DNA of 64,000 nt from an uncultured virus (IMG/VR IMGVR_UViG_3300027914_001419) (IMGVR_UViG_3300027914_001419), one strand, 5' to 3'. Shown: positions 36,914-46,836, counted from the first letter of the stretch. Notes: generated from the sequence alone by a model not told the origin. Numbers and translations are program-made.

Positions 36914-38972
36914 GTTGCTGTTTGCGGCCTCGTCTGTCCCATCGTACATCCCCCCGGCGGGGGATGATATTGTCTTCGGGGCGCTCAGCAACCTGCAAGG
37001 TGAGTCGCTTCTCGACCTCAGCCCTGCCGTTACGGCCACGGCTATGCTTGTCCATGCGGTTCAAGCCGCCATGGATTTGCCGGTGTTGGTGGAGGCGGTC
37101 CCCGCTACCATTCTGGGGGCTTCAGTCGAGGTTTTCCTTGATGCAGCCTGCCAACCCGCGGCCTCTCTGGCGGCCAAGGTATCGGCCAACATGGATATCC
37201 CGGCTGTCATGGATGCCGAGTACGCCCCGAGCTGGTATATCCCGCATCCGTTTGGCCCGGAAATCTCTTCCCGGTGGACCAAGGGCGATGGCCTCGATTG
37301 TCAGGCAGACCACAGATACACCCAGGCCCTTCCGAAGGAGTCCCCTGTCCCGGTGAAGTGGGACTCTCCGGATACTCTGGAAATACAGGTGCAGGAGCCC
37401 TGGAACATGGTCCCGCCCCTGGAGAGGGGCCTTATCTCCGAGTGGGGAGACGTTTGCAATCAGTTGCATTTCGATAATAGCCTGGGTTTCCGGTATCCGG
37501 GGGTACTCGATTGTGACTGGCTGGAAGTGGCCTGGGGAGGGGTACTGAGGCCTGAAGAGGCCGGTCTTGTGGCGGGGTACGCCTGCCCGGCAGTGAAGGA
37601 CTTCTTCCCGGTGGTACCATGGGGACTGCTCGGGGGCCTGGATCTGGCCTGGGATAACTGGTACGGTTACCCTCCCCCCAAGGACATTCACAAGGATATC
37701 GTCTGGGGGCCTGAGTGGCATCCCAGATGGTGCATTCATGTCTATATCCCGCCCCGAGGGGACCAGCTTGTATTCAATGCTCATCTGGCGCCTTACACGC
37801 CCGGACAGCCTCTAGTCTTTGACGAGTTGTCCGCCAATTATCCGCTGGTCTGCTTTGATGGAACCTGGAACGGTCCGAAGGACACGCCCCCGGTAGCGCC
37901 CCGCTTCCCGGTGATAAGGCAAATCTTACGGGAGGTCTACCTCATTATGAACACTGTAACCATGCACCGGGCGTCGGACATGGCGCCGGTACCGGTTGAC
38001 GCTATTAACCTGTCCACCGATATTGACAGCTGGGCCTGGTCTTTGAGCGCCGAGGTGTCGAACAAGGCGGCTCTGGATCTCATCAAGCCCACGGTATCCG
38101 GGCAGGTGGAGGTTATCGTCGCCATCAACGGTCATGTGTGGAGATTCCTGGTTGAAGGGTATGGCCGGAACTCCTCTTTCGGGAAGTCTGACTTCTCGGT
38201 ATCCGGCAGGTCCCTCTCCGCTGAACTGGCCGCGCCGTATTCCGGAACCAAGAGCTACATTCAGGGGGCCTTGGCCACATTCTCCCAGGAGGCGAACAAG
38301 ATCGTGGAGCTGGTACCGGGCTGGAACAGCGGGTCCAATATTACCATTCATCCCGCCGGAGTGGATCCGACTATCGCCGCTGGCGCATTCAGCTACGCCG
38401 AGAAGACCTCCATGGAGGCCCTGCTCATCCTGTCCGAGGCTCTCGGCGCCGTGATAAGTCCGGCCCCGGCATCCCGCAACCTGGTCTTCATGCCCCGGTA
38501 CCCGGTAGCCCCCTGGAACTGGGGCACGGCGATACCGGACAAGGCGGTAGACAAGGGATTTGCCCTAACCGTGGGGCAATCCTGGAAACCCAGCCCACGG
38601 CACAACGGCATTTATGTTGCCGGGACCACCAGTCTTGGTTCTCTGGTCAAGGTTACGCGACTTGGCACCAACGGGGAGCCATTTTTGACCATGGTGACAG
38701 ACCCCCTCATAACGGCGTCCGAAACCGGCAGGGAAAGGGCCAGGAACCTCATATCGGCCACTGGCCGCAAAGAGGAGGTCACTCTTGAGATGCCGGTCCT
38801 TCCCGACCAGGAGGACCCGGGCGTTCTTCTGCCTGGGCAACTCCTGAGAGTGCAGGATTCCGTGGAAGGGGATTGGAGAGGTCAGGTTATGTCCATTGCC
38901 ATCGGGGCCGTAAAAGCCGGAGCCGTCACCAAGGTGCGGCAGTCCGTCCAGGTGGAGAGACACTATGAATAG
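36906..38972 (+). CDS. Tail tip/hub protein
   Basis: 688 aa, late tail position; DIDSWAWSL, PRYPVAPWNW, VRQSVQVERHYE. Confidence 0.7.
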   Translation: MTELLFAASSVPSYIPPAGDDIVFGALSNLQGESLLDLSPAVTATAMLVHAVQAAMDLPVLVEAVPATILGASVEVFLDAACQPAASLAAKVSANMDIPAVMDAEYAPSWYIPHPFGPEISSRWTKGDGLDCQADHRYTQALPKESPVPVKWDSPDTLEIQVQEPWNMVPPLERGLISEWGDVCNQLHFDNSLGFRYPGVLDCDWLEVAWGGVLRPEEAGLVAGYACPAVKDFFPVVPWGLLGGLDLAWDNWYGYPPPKDIHKDIVWGPEWHPRWCIHVYIPPRGDQLVFNAHLAPYTPGQPLVFDELSANYPLVCFDGTWNGPKDTPPVAPRFPVIRQILREVYLIMNTVTMHRASDMAPVPVDAINLSTDIDSWAWSLSAEVSNKAALDLIKPTVSGQVEVIVAINGHVWRFLVEGYGRNSSFGKSDFSVSGRSLSAELAAPYSGTKSYIQGALATFSQEANKIVELVPGWNSGSNITIHPAGVDPTIAAGAFSYAEKTSMEALLILSEALGAVISPAPASRNLVFMPRYPVAPWNWGTAIPDKAVDKGFALTVGQSWKPSPRHNGIYVAGTTSLGSLVKVTRLGTNGEPFLTMVTDPLITASETGRERARNLISATGRKEEVTLEMPVLPDQEDPGVLLPGQLLRVQDSVEGDWRGQVMSIAIGAVKAGAVTKVRQSVQVERHYE

Positions 38973-39198
38973 CCCGAACATCTGGAAGAGGTTTCAGCGG
39001 CTGATACCGGCCACCAATCTCATTATTGTGTCGGTAGTAGAGAACAACGGGGATGGAACCTCCACAGTTCAGAACGCGCAGGGTCAGCAATTCCTGGCGC
39101 GAGGGGAGGGCGTTACGGCAGGGAACAAGGCTTTCATCCTGGATGGGGAGATGAGAGGAGAAGCTCCGAATTTGATACAGGTTGATTACGAGATATAG
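38965..39198 (+). CDS. Small tail protein (last gene of the Mu-like phage)
   Basis: NIWKRFQRLIP...GDGTSTV...GEAPNL. Confidence 0.65.
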   Translation: MNSPNIWKRFQRLIPATNLIIVSVVENNGDGTSTVQNAQGQQFLARGEGVTAGNKAFILDGEMRGEAPNLIQVDYEI

Positions 39199-39347
39199 AT
39201 GGCAGGATGTCGCGGCAGGCCTGGAAATTAAGAGATGAGGAGACGATAGGAAGAAGAGGCAGCGGCCGGACCATGTTGGCCCATGGTCCGGCCGCCAGTA
39301 CACTGTGAAGACGACTTAAAGACAGGATAAATAGCACTGTAATTTGT

Positions 39348-39459
39348 GGCCAAACCACGCGCGAAATTTCAGTAAGAAATTGGGTGGGTAAATAGGTCGG
39401 TGATTTGTGGCCAAACCACTCGCGAACTGTTGCCAAACCACCCGCGAAATTACAAGAGA
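39348..39459. repeat. Right end: three transposase-binding repeats, terminal CA and AGAGA target duplication
   Basis: GCCAAACCACNCGCGAA occurs at about 39349, 39410 and 39432; the last ends ...TTACA at 39454, followed by AGAGA (39455-39459). Confidence 0.88.
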
Positions 39460-39543
39460 AGCAGAAGGTTGACCAGAGGTTGATCAAGCGTGCGACATAA
39501 ACAAAAAGGGTTTACGGTATGTGCCGCAAACCTTTGATTTTAC

Positions 39544-39619
39544 TGGAGCCACCTGCCGGAATCGAACCGGCGACCTATTGATTACGAATCAATTGCTCTA
39601 CCATCTGAGCTAAGGTGGC
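39544..39619 (-). tRNA. tRNA-Thr (anticodon CGT)
   Basis: 76-nt cloverleaf GCCACCT...AGGTGGC-T-CCA; anticodon arm ATTGA-TTCGTAA-TCAAT; T arm GCCGG-TTCGATT-CCGGC. Confidence 0.97.
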
Positions 39620-39719
39620 AGGTAATTCTTTTTGAAGTGATTGAATTGGAAGGGTTTTTTATCTGTTTTGCCCTACAAACGACCCCCGCGAAGCCGCATA
39701 AGTTCGTTGTATTGACTCT

Positions 39720-39748
39720 TTGTATCCTATTTACCCTCCGGTGTCAAG
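39720..39748 (-). promoter_or_regulatory. Probable tRNA promoter
   Basis: On the minus strand TTGACA-17 nt-TACAAA, about 100 nt upstream of the tRNA. Confidence 0.55.
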
Positions 39749-39782
39749 AAATGGTGATGAAACCAACATCCATGCGGGTTTG

Positions 39783-42700
39783 TCACCTCTTCCGCCTCTC
39801 CATCCTCTCTATCTCCGGTATTATCTTTCTTCGTACAAGTCTTGAGTCAACCGGTTCGGTGGTGTTGATGATGATGGTGTGTCCGGCCGCCGGGCGCTCG
39901 TTGGATGTTATGACCGGGCCGCCGGTGGCGAATGTGAGTTTCGGGGCGAATATCGGGGCGGTGGCGGTGTGGATGATGCCGTTCATGTGGTCCTGGATGC
40001 GGCGGCCTATGTCGCTCATGGGGTTGTTGATGCCCGCCATGAAGGCGTCGCCCCAGAAGTGGGCGGCTTCGTTGCGGATGAACCATTCGCCGGTGCGGGC
40101 CTTTACCCAGATGTTGTCGTATCGGCTGTCGGGGCCGGGAATCCGGCCGCCGGTGGCCATGGCCAAGGTGGGGGCATTGGTGGCCGAATTGGATCGCAGG
40201 GCGGCGTCTCTTGCCTTTTTTTCCTCCTCGATGCGCTTCAGTTCCTGTTCGTGTTCTTCTTCCTGGGCCTTTTTCTTGGCGTAGGCTTCTTCGCGGATGG
40301 TTTCGAGTTTCCGCTTGTGGATCTCATTCAGGAGGTTCAGGGCGTCGGCGTATTCGGCTGCTACCTTGTCGGCTCCGGCGGCCCTGGCCTCTTTCAATTT
40401 TTTCTCCAGGTCCTCCCGCTTCTGGTCGTAGTCCCTCTTTTCTATGGCTTCTCTGTTGCCCAGCATTTCATCCAGTTCGTCGCGGAGGCTGTCTACGGTG
40501 TCCCTGGCCTGCTCCTCGGCCTCTTTCAGTGCGTCGGTGAGGCGCTCTATTTCGCCCCGGACGTCGGAGAGATCGGCGTCGTCTATGAGCCGGAAACTTT
40601 CTACCAGGTTGTTTGCCCGGCTGATTTGTCCCTGGGTGGCCAGGTCCATCTTTTTGAGCTGTTCGGTCAGCTCAAGCAGGGCCAGTTTCTGGCTGTAATA
40701 TTCGTAGCGGAGTTTTTCAGCGGCCTTTGCGTGATCGCCTAATATCCGCGAGAACTGGAAATAGTCCCTGGAAGCCTCGGCGGCCTTGCGCGAGGCTTCG
40801 GCGACCTCCTGTAGTTTGTCGCGCAGGCCTTCGACGGTGTTCTCGGCGGCTTTTAATGGGGTTCCGAATGCCGCGGCCATTTTGGGGCCGAGGGAGGTGA
40901 CGCGCTCGGTGATGGCGTCCCATTGGGCGTAGAACCATTGCGCAAAGGACTGGAAGGACGCCTGCTCTCGTTGGGATGCAGCTTCGGCTGCGGCTGCTTC
41001 TTTGTCGTATCCGGCGATGATGTCGGCGTTGATCTGGTCGTCGAGGGCCTTTTTCGCTTCGAAATATTCCCGGTCCGCCTGATATTTCGCGGCCAGGGCC
41101 TTTTTGTGTTCTACCGTGCCGGGGGCGGTGTCGGCCAGTTCCCGGCGTCTGAGTTCCGCCAGTTGTCCGAGGTAGTTCTTTTCGGCTTCCAGCTTGTCGC
41201 GGGCGGCCTGCTGGTGGGTGATGAGGCCGTCCCGTTCGGAGTCCTCCAGCCAGTCGAGGCGCTTGTCCAGTTCCAGTTTGTAATCGAGGGAGGATTTTTC
41301 CAGTTCCTCCTGCTTGGCCTGGGCGGCGGCCCGCGCCAGCTCGATTTGTGACTGGGTGAATGTCTTTGCCGCCTGAAGCTTGGCTTCCTCTGCCTTTTTG
41401 TACTCCTCTGAATCGGCGTCGTATGTCGATGATATCTGTTTGAACCGCTTTTCCGCCAGTTCGGCTTCGGCCTTTACCTGTTTGTTGCGGATGTCCAATA
41501 TTTCGGCCGAGCCTTCGGCTTCGGACCTTGCGCCTTGGGCTATCTGTAGATCGATGAGGGCGATGCGGTCTTCACCGGCCTTTTTTGCCGTGGCGAGCAG
41601 GCGGGCCTGCTTGTCCATTTCTATCAGTTCAGCGTCACCTTTGTGCTGCTTATCCAGCTCCAACAGGGCCGCGAATCTGGCGATTTTAATATCCTGCTCT
41701 GCGGCGGCATTGTCACCAGCGGCCTTTAGCTGTTCGTCGTGGAATTGCTCTACGGTCTTTTTGCGCTCCTGGTAGGCCTTTTCGTACTTCTCAACCAAGA
41801 GGCGGTCCGTGTCGCCTACGGCCTTGGCATACTGTTCATTTGACTTCGACATTTCCAGTTCGGTTTTTTTTGCCGATTCCTGGCGGAGCTTGTCGCTTTT
41901 CGCCTTCTCTTCCGCCAGTTCCTTATCGGTCTTTTTGGTGCTTTCAGCGTGATCTCCGTATCTCTTGTCGATATCACTGATGGTTGCGAAGAAATTGTTT
42001 TCTATCTCCTCCATCTTCTTTTTCGTCGCGTCCAAACCGTCAACCGGGGCCCTGGCCAGAGCGGACATTTTGTCTATGGTCATGCCTACCAGGGGCCCGA
42101 GGTAGGCGAACCCTTTCAGGATGAACACGATTGCTTCCGAGATGGGTTTCATCCCCTTGAGGATATCGGTGAAAGCAGGCATTAACGCTTCGCCAACCTT
42201 CGCCTTTGAATCAAGCATTTCATTATTGAAGATATTGATAGCGCCCTGTCCCTTTTGAGCTGCTTCCACGGCAGCGTTACCGTAGGTATCATGCAGGGCG
42301 GTAGCCAACTTGGGCAGCATGTCTTCCGCTGTCACCCGCCCATTTACCAGCATCTTGTCCAGCTCGGCGGTGGATACCCCCATGGCCTTGGCGGCGATCT
42401 GGAACGCGCCCGGCAACCGTTCGCCCAGTTGCTGGCGGAGTTCTTCGGCGCTTACCTTACCCTTACTAATCATCTGCTGTACTGCCATCAAGGCCCCGGC
42501 GGCTTCTTCGCCGGACAGGCCCAGGGCGGTGGCGGACTCGGATATGGCCGTGAATATGCGGCGGGTCTCTTCGCCTTCGAGGGCCGTGCCCTTGGCGGCG
42601 GCGGCCAGTTTGGCGTATTCGTCGGCGGTGGCGGTAATGTCCAGGCCCAGGCGGTTGGATTCCTCCCGCAACCAGGCCAGTTCGCGGGCCGCGTCTTTGC

Positions 42701-43151
42701 CGGATACGGAACGGAATGCGGTTTCGAGCTTTTGAACCTTCAATGCCGCATCGATACAATCCTTGCCCAGTGAAGCTACTCCTACGCCGGCCAGAGCGCC
42801 GGTCAAGGCGCCGCTGGCGGACTTGAGGCTGAGGAAACTTGTCCCGGCGGCTTTGGCCTCCTTGTCCAGTGCCGATATCTGAGCCGCGGCGGCCTGGTGC
42901 GCCCGCTTTATTTCGTCAGCGGAGGCGACGCCAGATAGTCGGATCTGCTCGAAGGCCGCTTTTATCCGGACTTTTTCCTTGTCGATGTCAAAGGCCGATT
43001 TGAGATTCAGGGTCTTGAAAGCGTTACTGAGCCGGTCTACAGAGCCCTTTCCTTCACGGGTCATGTCCTCTATGGATTTTTCGAGGCTCCTGAACGCTGC
43101 TGAAGCGACGTCTTTTGCTTCTATGACTATCTGGACTTTGTTTTCAGCCAT
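39783..43151 (-). CDS. Tape measure protein (homolog of 27854-31279)
   Basis: 1122 aa; QMISKGKVSAEELRQQLGERLPGA; long stretches match the Mu-like phage protein. Confidence 0.93.
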   Translation of the reverse strand: MAENKVQIVIEAKDVASAAFRSLEKSIEDMTREGKGSVDRLSNAFKTLNLKSAFDIDKEKVRIKAAFEQIRLSGVASADEIKRAHQAAAAQISALDKEAKAAGTSFLSLKSASGALTGALAGVGVASLGKDCIDAALKVQKLETAFRSVSGKDAARELAWLREESNRLGLDITATADEYAKLAAAAKGTALEGEETRRIFTAISESATALGLSGEEAAGALMAVQQMISKGKVSAEELRQQLGERLPGAFQIAAKAMGVSTAELDKMLVNGRVTAEDMLPKLATALHDTYGNAAVEAAQKGQGAINIFNNEMLDSKAKVGEALMPAFTDILKGMKPISEAIVFILKGFAYLGPLVGMTIDKMSALARAPVDGLDATKKKMEEIENNFFATISDIDKRYGDHAESTKKTDKELAEEKAKSDKLRQESAKKTELEMSKSNEQYAKAVGDTDRLLVEKYEKAYQERKKTVEQFHDEQLKAAGDNAAAEQDIKIARFAALLELDKQHKGDAELIEMDKQARLLATAKKAGEDRIALIDLQIAQGARSEAEGSAEILDIRNKQVKAEAELAEKRFKQISSTYDADSEEYKKAEEAKLQAAKTFTQSQIELARAAAQAKQEELEKSSLDYKLELDKRLDWLEDSERDGLITHQQAARDKLEAEKNYLGQLAELRRRELADTAPGTVEHKKALAAKYQADREYFEAKKALDDQINADIIAGYDKEAAAAEAASQREQASFQSFAQWFYAQWDAITERVTSLGPKMAAAFGTPLKAAENTVEGLRDKLQEVAEASRKAAEASRDYFQFSRILGDHAKAAEKLRYEYYSQKLALLELTEQLKKMDLATQGQISRANNLVESFRLIDDADLSDVRGEIERLTDALKEAEEQARDTVDSLRDELDEMLGNREAIEKRDYDQKREDLEKKLKEARAAGADKVAAEYADALNLLNEIHKRKLETIREEAYAKKKAQEEEHEQELKRIEEEKKARDAALRSNSATNAPTLAMATGGRIPGPDSRYDNIWVKARTGEWFIRNEAAHFWGDAFMAGINNPMSDIGRRIQDHMNGIIHTATAPIFAPKLTFATGGPVITSNERPAAGHTIIINTTEPVDSRLVRRKIIPEIERMERRKR

Positions 43152-43163
43152 GGTTTCTCCTTA

Positions 43164-43592
43164 TCAGCAAATACCCAACTTTGCGCGTTCCGCCCTTCCC
43201 CACTCCCTGGCGCCTTCTACAAACTCCTGGAAAGCCATGATTTGCTCCAGTTCTCCAGTTTGCAGGGTGTACCATCCGGCAAGGCTGCCTACGGCTATTC
43301 TCGTAAGGTATTTTTCATCCTCATCGCAGTATTTTTCGCGGATTTTTTCCTGCATTCGCTGATATATCAGTCTGCAATGTGGGCTGGTTGCCTTTATTTG
43401 CTCTATCTGTTCAGGCGTTAATACCACAGGCTCGATACTTATTTGCTCTGGCTGTTCTTCCGATAAACCATTTTCCGGTGCGCTGATATATGTATATCCG
43501 TCAAGGACACACAATTCCGTGATGTCCTCACCCCTCGGGGTATAGGTGCAATATTCATCTGTAACTTTTTGGTAGCGGTATATTTTGGGCAT
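43164..43592 (-). CDS. Hypothetical protein downstream of the DGR remnant (possible fibre chaperone)
   Basis: 142 aa with AGGAG RBS; KIREKY..EDE...WGRAERAKLG. Confidence 0.7.
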   Translation of the reverse strand: MPKIYRYQKVTDEYCTYTPRGEDITELCVLDGYTYISAPENGLSEEQPEQISIEPVVLTPEQIEQIKATSPHCRLIYQRMQEKIREKYCDEDEKYLTRIAVGSLAGWYTLQTGELEQIMAFQEFVEGAREWGRAERAKLGIC

Positions 43593-43734
43593 ATGTGCTT
43601 TCTCCTATGAGTTTGAGCATATAGGGCAGCGAGTTGGTTCGGTGCGCATGTCCCAATATGGACCCGGCTGCTTTTATGCGCCCTTCTCGTAAGGCTCGGC
43701 GGAACTTGTAAAGACTGAATTTGCGAATGAACCG
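43555..43734 (-). pseudogene. C-terminal remnant of a DGR reverse transcriptase
   Basis: RFIRKFSLYKFRRALREGRIKAAGSILGHAHRTNSLPYMLKLI resembles the DGR RT thumb end (..IRK.S.....S.LGH..). The catalytic core is absent. Confidence 0.7.
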
Positions 43735-43971
43735 TTGAAGCGGAAATACCCTAGTTCGTATGCCAGGTAAATTTGCATCCTGAGCTTTTCGTGCACTATG
43801 TCCAGATTGGTCAGGGTGGTTTTTTGAGATATCTTTTCTGTGCCTCGGTAATGCAGTCGTAAATTTCATAAGCCGTGTTCCTTATCCTGTTTGAGAGCGC
43901 GTATTTATGTTCAGGAGTTTCGCGAATTCCATGAACTTTCTATTCAGATGCGCCTCGCCGTGTTTGCTCAT
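43735..43971 (-). pseudogene. avd: avd (DGR accessory variability determinant) pseudogene
   Basis: Three frames stitch to MSKHGEAHLNRKFMEFAKLLNI / KYALSNRIRNTAYEIYDCITEAQKRYLKK / TTLTNLDIVHEKLRMQIYLAYELGYFRF. Breaks at about 43907 and in the T run 43820-43825; truncated at about 43735. Confidence 0.8.
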
Positions 43972-43988
43972 CGGTCGCTATCGCTCCC

Positions 43989-46505
43989 TCACGCAGGGTA
44001 ACAGGCACAGCGGAACCCGAGGTAAGAGTAGGAATTCGTCCGGGTGTTGCTCAAAGACAGATTCCACAAACCGGCAAGCACCCCATGACCCCAGTACCCG
44101 CCGGAAGTAACGCACAATTCGTTGCGGTAGTATTGATACAGGTAATCTGTTCCGAACAGATTAGTTCCAGACGGCGACATCCCATTTGCGTCTTTTGGCG
44201 CACCTAACCCTGCCAATATCCAGCCTGCGCCTGAAACGTCGCTCGACAGGACCTGGTTTGCGCCGTTGCCGAACCGTTGCGCCATGGAACTGCCGCCAGA
44301 TGCCGCAAGCATTGGAATGGTGATGGTATCCATCATGGCAGCTATTCCCGTAGCGCCCCAATGGTCGGTTGCTGTGGAATTCCCGCTGGTGAAATCCCGC
44401 ATTTTAGTTGCCTGTTTGGCGACATAAAACGTGCCGCTAGTACAAGCTCCGCCACTCGTGTATGCCGAGTAGCCGGTTGAATCGACGCCATCGAGGCTGA
44501 AGGTGTTGGCATCGATGACTGTGATTGTATAAATCTTGTCGTTCAGATACGCCATGCCACCAACGGATGTGATTTGAATTGTCTGTCCAGTCGAATATCC
44601 ATGGCCGGCTGCCGTAATTACGCATGGGTTAGCCTTGGTTGCACCGGTGATGGTCTTGCTGGTGGCAACGCAGGTCAGCCCTGTGGACACTTCCCACATC
44701 AGACCGTTCAGGTCTGCAATGCCGCATGACTGGCCGTTGTGCGTGGTCTTTGCGAAAGATGTTCCGCTTCCGGTCTTTCCACATGAGGAATAACCGTCCG
44801 AGACGTAGCTTATCGATGCGTCGTTAAAATCCCCCAGTGCGTTATTGTTGCACCCCTTCGGGAAATTATCTGTGGCGTGATACCAGGCGCAATTTGTAGT
44901 GCTGCTTGACGCCTGTCCGTGCGCCATCGCCAACATTGCCAGAGCAGCGTGGATAAACCGGGAGCAACAGAAGAACAGGGAATCATCGTCAACAGTGCCG
45001 TTTACGCTACTTCTGGCTTTTGCCGCCGTAATTGCTTCGTAATAATAATTGGCACTGCACGCAGTCAGGCCGGTGAAGGGGTTGTGGTCCGCGTGCGCTG
45101 ACAGTGGCAGGCCGTTTTTGATAGAGCTGGCAACATAACCCGTGCCCATTGCGTTTTTCGAACACATATATTTGTCTACGAAGACACCTGGTTGCTCGAC
45201 GCCTCCGTCAATAAATGCCCGGTGCAGGGCGTATCCTGCTGCATTTGCATCGGCTGTCGAGGCGTAAGTGTCGATGCCCTTGATACTGATTCCATTCGAG
45301 CCGTCGCCGATCTTATAATAAAACCTGGGAACCCATACCATTATCGAGCCATCTCGATACATATAGTTCCCGTAGTTTTCACTGGCGGGGTTTTCGCAAC
45401 CTGCCAGAGCAATCATTCCGGGGAGCAGTACGCTGGCAGGGGCTATTCCCACACCGAAGCCAGCTTCGCCGGGTGTCCCGATGAGGTTTTCACCCGCGCC
45501 TATCGATGCCCATGTGCCGTCGCCGCGAAGATATTTTGTTTTGTCGCTTGGGACACCTATTGTCGTCAGTATCTCCGCAGCCGTCATATCGGCAGTGGCC
45601 CCGGCCTCGATGCCAGCCAATTTCGTAACCATCGCCGCTGCCATAAATCCCGCTGCTTCTGTCGTGGCTACTGCATGAGCATCGCCACCAGTCCCAACAT
45701 GGGATGAGGGCGCATAAGAGTGGGCGGTCTGAGAATGGTCATACGCTGCCTTCCCCCGGTCTCCCCGGTAGGCGGTGCTTTCAGTCTCACCAAGGGCAAG
45801 GCTTGGGTTGAGTACACCGTAGCCGGACCCTGACCATCGGTAGGTGAGGTTTGTGTCCAGGGCGATGTAGATTTTCCCGGATACCCCTTCCTCCGGGAAC
45901 GCTGCAAGGTTGTCGTACTCCAGCACGTCATCCACGTAGCTTGGGAGTTGCGAGGACGGAATGAGGCCGTTCACCAAGTCGGCTTTGGTAGAGAGGTCTG
46001 CCGCCGCCGCCGCGTCGGTGATGCCATATCCGGCCAGGGTCGTCGGGATGTTCCCCAGTGAGGAAAAGGCTATCGGGGCGCCGTCTCCGCCGCTGTGGTC
46101 GTGGCTGTCGCCGTTTGTCACACCATTTGCCATGGGCGCGTAGGCGGCGTTGTGGTCGTGCCCAGCTGCGGCTGCGCCTATTGCCGCCGGAGTGATGGCG
46201 TCAGCTCCTCCGGTGGCGTGGCCGGCCGCGTGGGCCGTGGGCGGGCGGGCGTCGGACAGGCGCGGGTCCGTGGTGTTGATCGGGGTGTAGCCCAGCGCGT
46301 CCTGCTTGGCGGTCCAGGCGGCCTTTTCCGAATCGGTGACAAACCGGTGCGTCTCGTCCTGGGTCACGTCTTCGGCCGCGTGGGTGTGCTCTTCTAACTC
46401 TCCCGGCGGGCCTGGAGGGCCTGCCGGCCCGGCCGGGCCTTGCTCCGCTATTTCCGAGACGATGGTTTCATCGGTTTCAACCAGGATAATCAGGTCGTCA
46501 CTCAC
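43989..46505 (-). CDS. Tail fibre/receptor-binding protein with a C-terminal C-type-lectin-like DGR target domain
   Basis: Collagen-like GPAGPAGPPGPPG, HxH fibre motifs, IADLNGLMWE, and C-terminal GGYW...AGLW.L......S...LGFRCA variable region. Confidence 0.88.
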   Translation of the reverse strand: MSDDLIILVETDETIVSEIAEQGPAGPAGPPGPPGELEEHTHAAEDVTQDETHRFVTDSEKAAWTAKQDALGYTPINTTDPRLSDARPPTAHAAGHATGGADAITPAAIGAAAAGHDHNAAYAPMANGVTNGDSHDHSGGDGAPIAFSSLGNIPTTLAGYGITDAAAAADLSTKADLVNGLIPSSQLPSYVDDVLEYDNLAAFPEEGVSGKIYIALDTNLTYRWSGSGYGVLNPSLALGETESTAYRGDRGKAAYDHSQTAHSYAPSSHVGTGGDAHAVATTEAAGFMAAAMVTKLAGIEAGATADMTAAEILTTIGVPSDKTKYLRGDGTWASIGAGENLIGTPGEAGFGVGIAPASVLLPGMIALAGCENPASENYGNYMYRDGSIMVWVPRFYYKIGDGSNGISIKGIDTYASTADANAAGYALHRAFIDGGVEQPGVFVDKYMCSKNAMGTGYVASSIKNGLPLSAHADHNPFTGLTACSANYYYEAITAAKARSSVNGTVDDDSLFFCCSRFIHAALAMLAMAHGQASSSTTNCAWYHATDNFPKGCNNNALGDFNDASISYVSDGYSSCGKTGSGTSFAKTTHNGQSCGIADLNGLMWEVSTGLTCVATSKTITGATKANPCVITAAGHGYSTGQTIQITSVGGMAYLNDKIYTITVIDANTFSLDGVDSTGYSAYTSGGACTSGTFYVAKQATKMRDFTSGNSTATDHWGATGIAAMMDTITIPMLAASGGSSMAQRFGNGANQVLSSDVSGAGWILAGLGAPKDANGMSPSGTNLFGTDYLYQYYRNELCVTSGGYWGHGVLAGLWNLSLSNTRTNSYSYLGFRCACYPA

Positions 46506-46836
46506 GCGTCACCCCCGGTAATACGTGTAGCTGGCCTCTGGGCCGCTTTTTTATCGTTCCGTCCGCCAGCTCGATGCGCACGTCGAAGACGTGGCGGCCA
46601 GACGGTATGGCGTCCGTTCCGGCCTCGTTGAGCGTCAGGTAGAAGAGCCCGGCGGACAGGTCCTCGGGCTCTATGGTCAGGGTGGCCAGGACCGTTTGGT
46701 CCGTGTAGGTCCGCCGGACCTGGGAACTGATGCTGGCGCCGGTCAGGTCTACGGGCGCGCCGGTGCGTTTGTTGCGCAGGCTCACCCGCAGCCGGAGCGT
46801 CTCGCCCTGCACTATGGTGATTATCGGTTCGTTCAC
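46498..46836 (-). CDS. BppU-like baseplate/fibre adaptor
   Basis: ITIVQGET...PVDLTGA...VFDVRI...PGVT. Confidence 0.7.
   Translation of the reverse strand: MNEPIITIVQGETLRLRVSLRNKRTGAPVDLTGASISSQVRRTYTDQTVLATLTIEPEDLSAGLFYLTLNEAGTDAIPSGRHVFDVRIELADGTIKKRPRGQLHVLPGVTRE

Larger units (their letters stand above)
1281..39454 (+). mobile_element. Mu-like transposable prophage (about 38.2 kb, non-contractile tail), apparently complete apart from one N gap
   Basis: Begins TG (1281) and ends CA (39454), flanked on both sides by AGAGA. Gene order is repressor-ner-A-B...gemA-mor-lysis-terminase-portal-F-G-I-T-tail. Confidence 0.93.

Noticed and set aside
39348..39454. Three spaced direct repeats resembling a mini-CRISPR
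   Set aside because: Spacing is irregular (about 61 and 22 nt), there are no cas genes, and position plus terminal CA fit transposase-binding sites.
35235..39454. Mu-type invertible tail-fibre segment (gin) or mom gene
   Set aside because: No recombinase, inverted gix-like repeats or mom/methylase ORF seen at the right end.
43555..43869. ORF-track 104-aa protein as a real gene
   Set aside because: Its N-terminal half is out-of-frame avd sequence and its C-terminal half is the RT remnant; it is a deletion by-product.
43989..44130. An active DGR with a template repeat in this window
   Set aside because: I found no second copy of the variable region and no RT catalytic (YxDD) core by eye; a self-BLAST would confirm.
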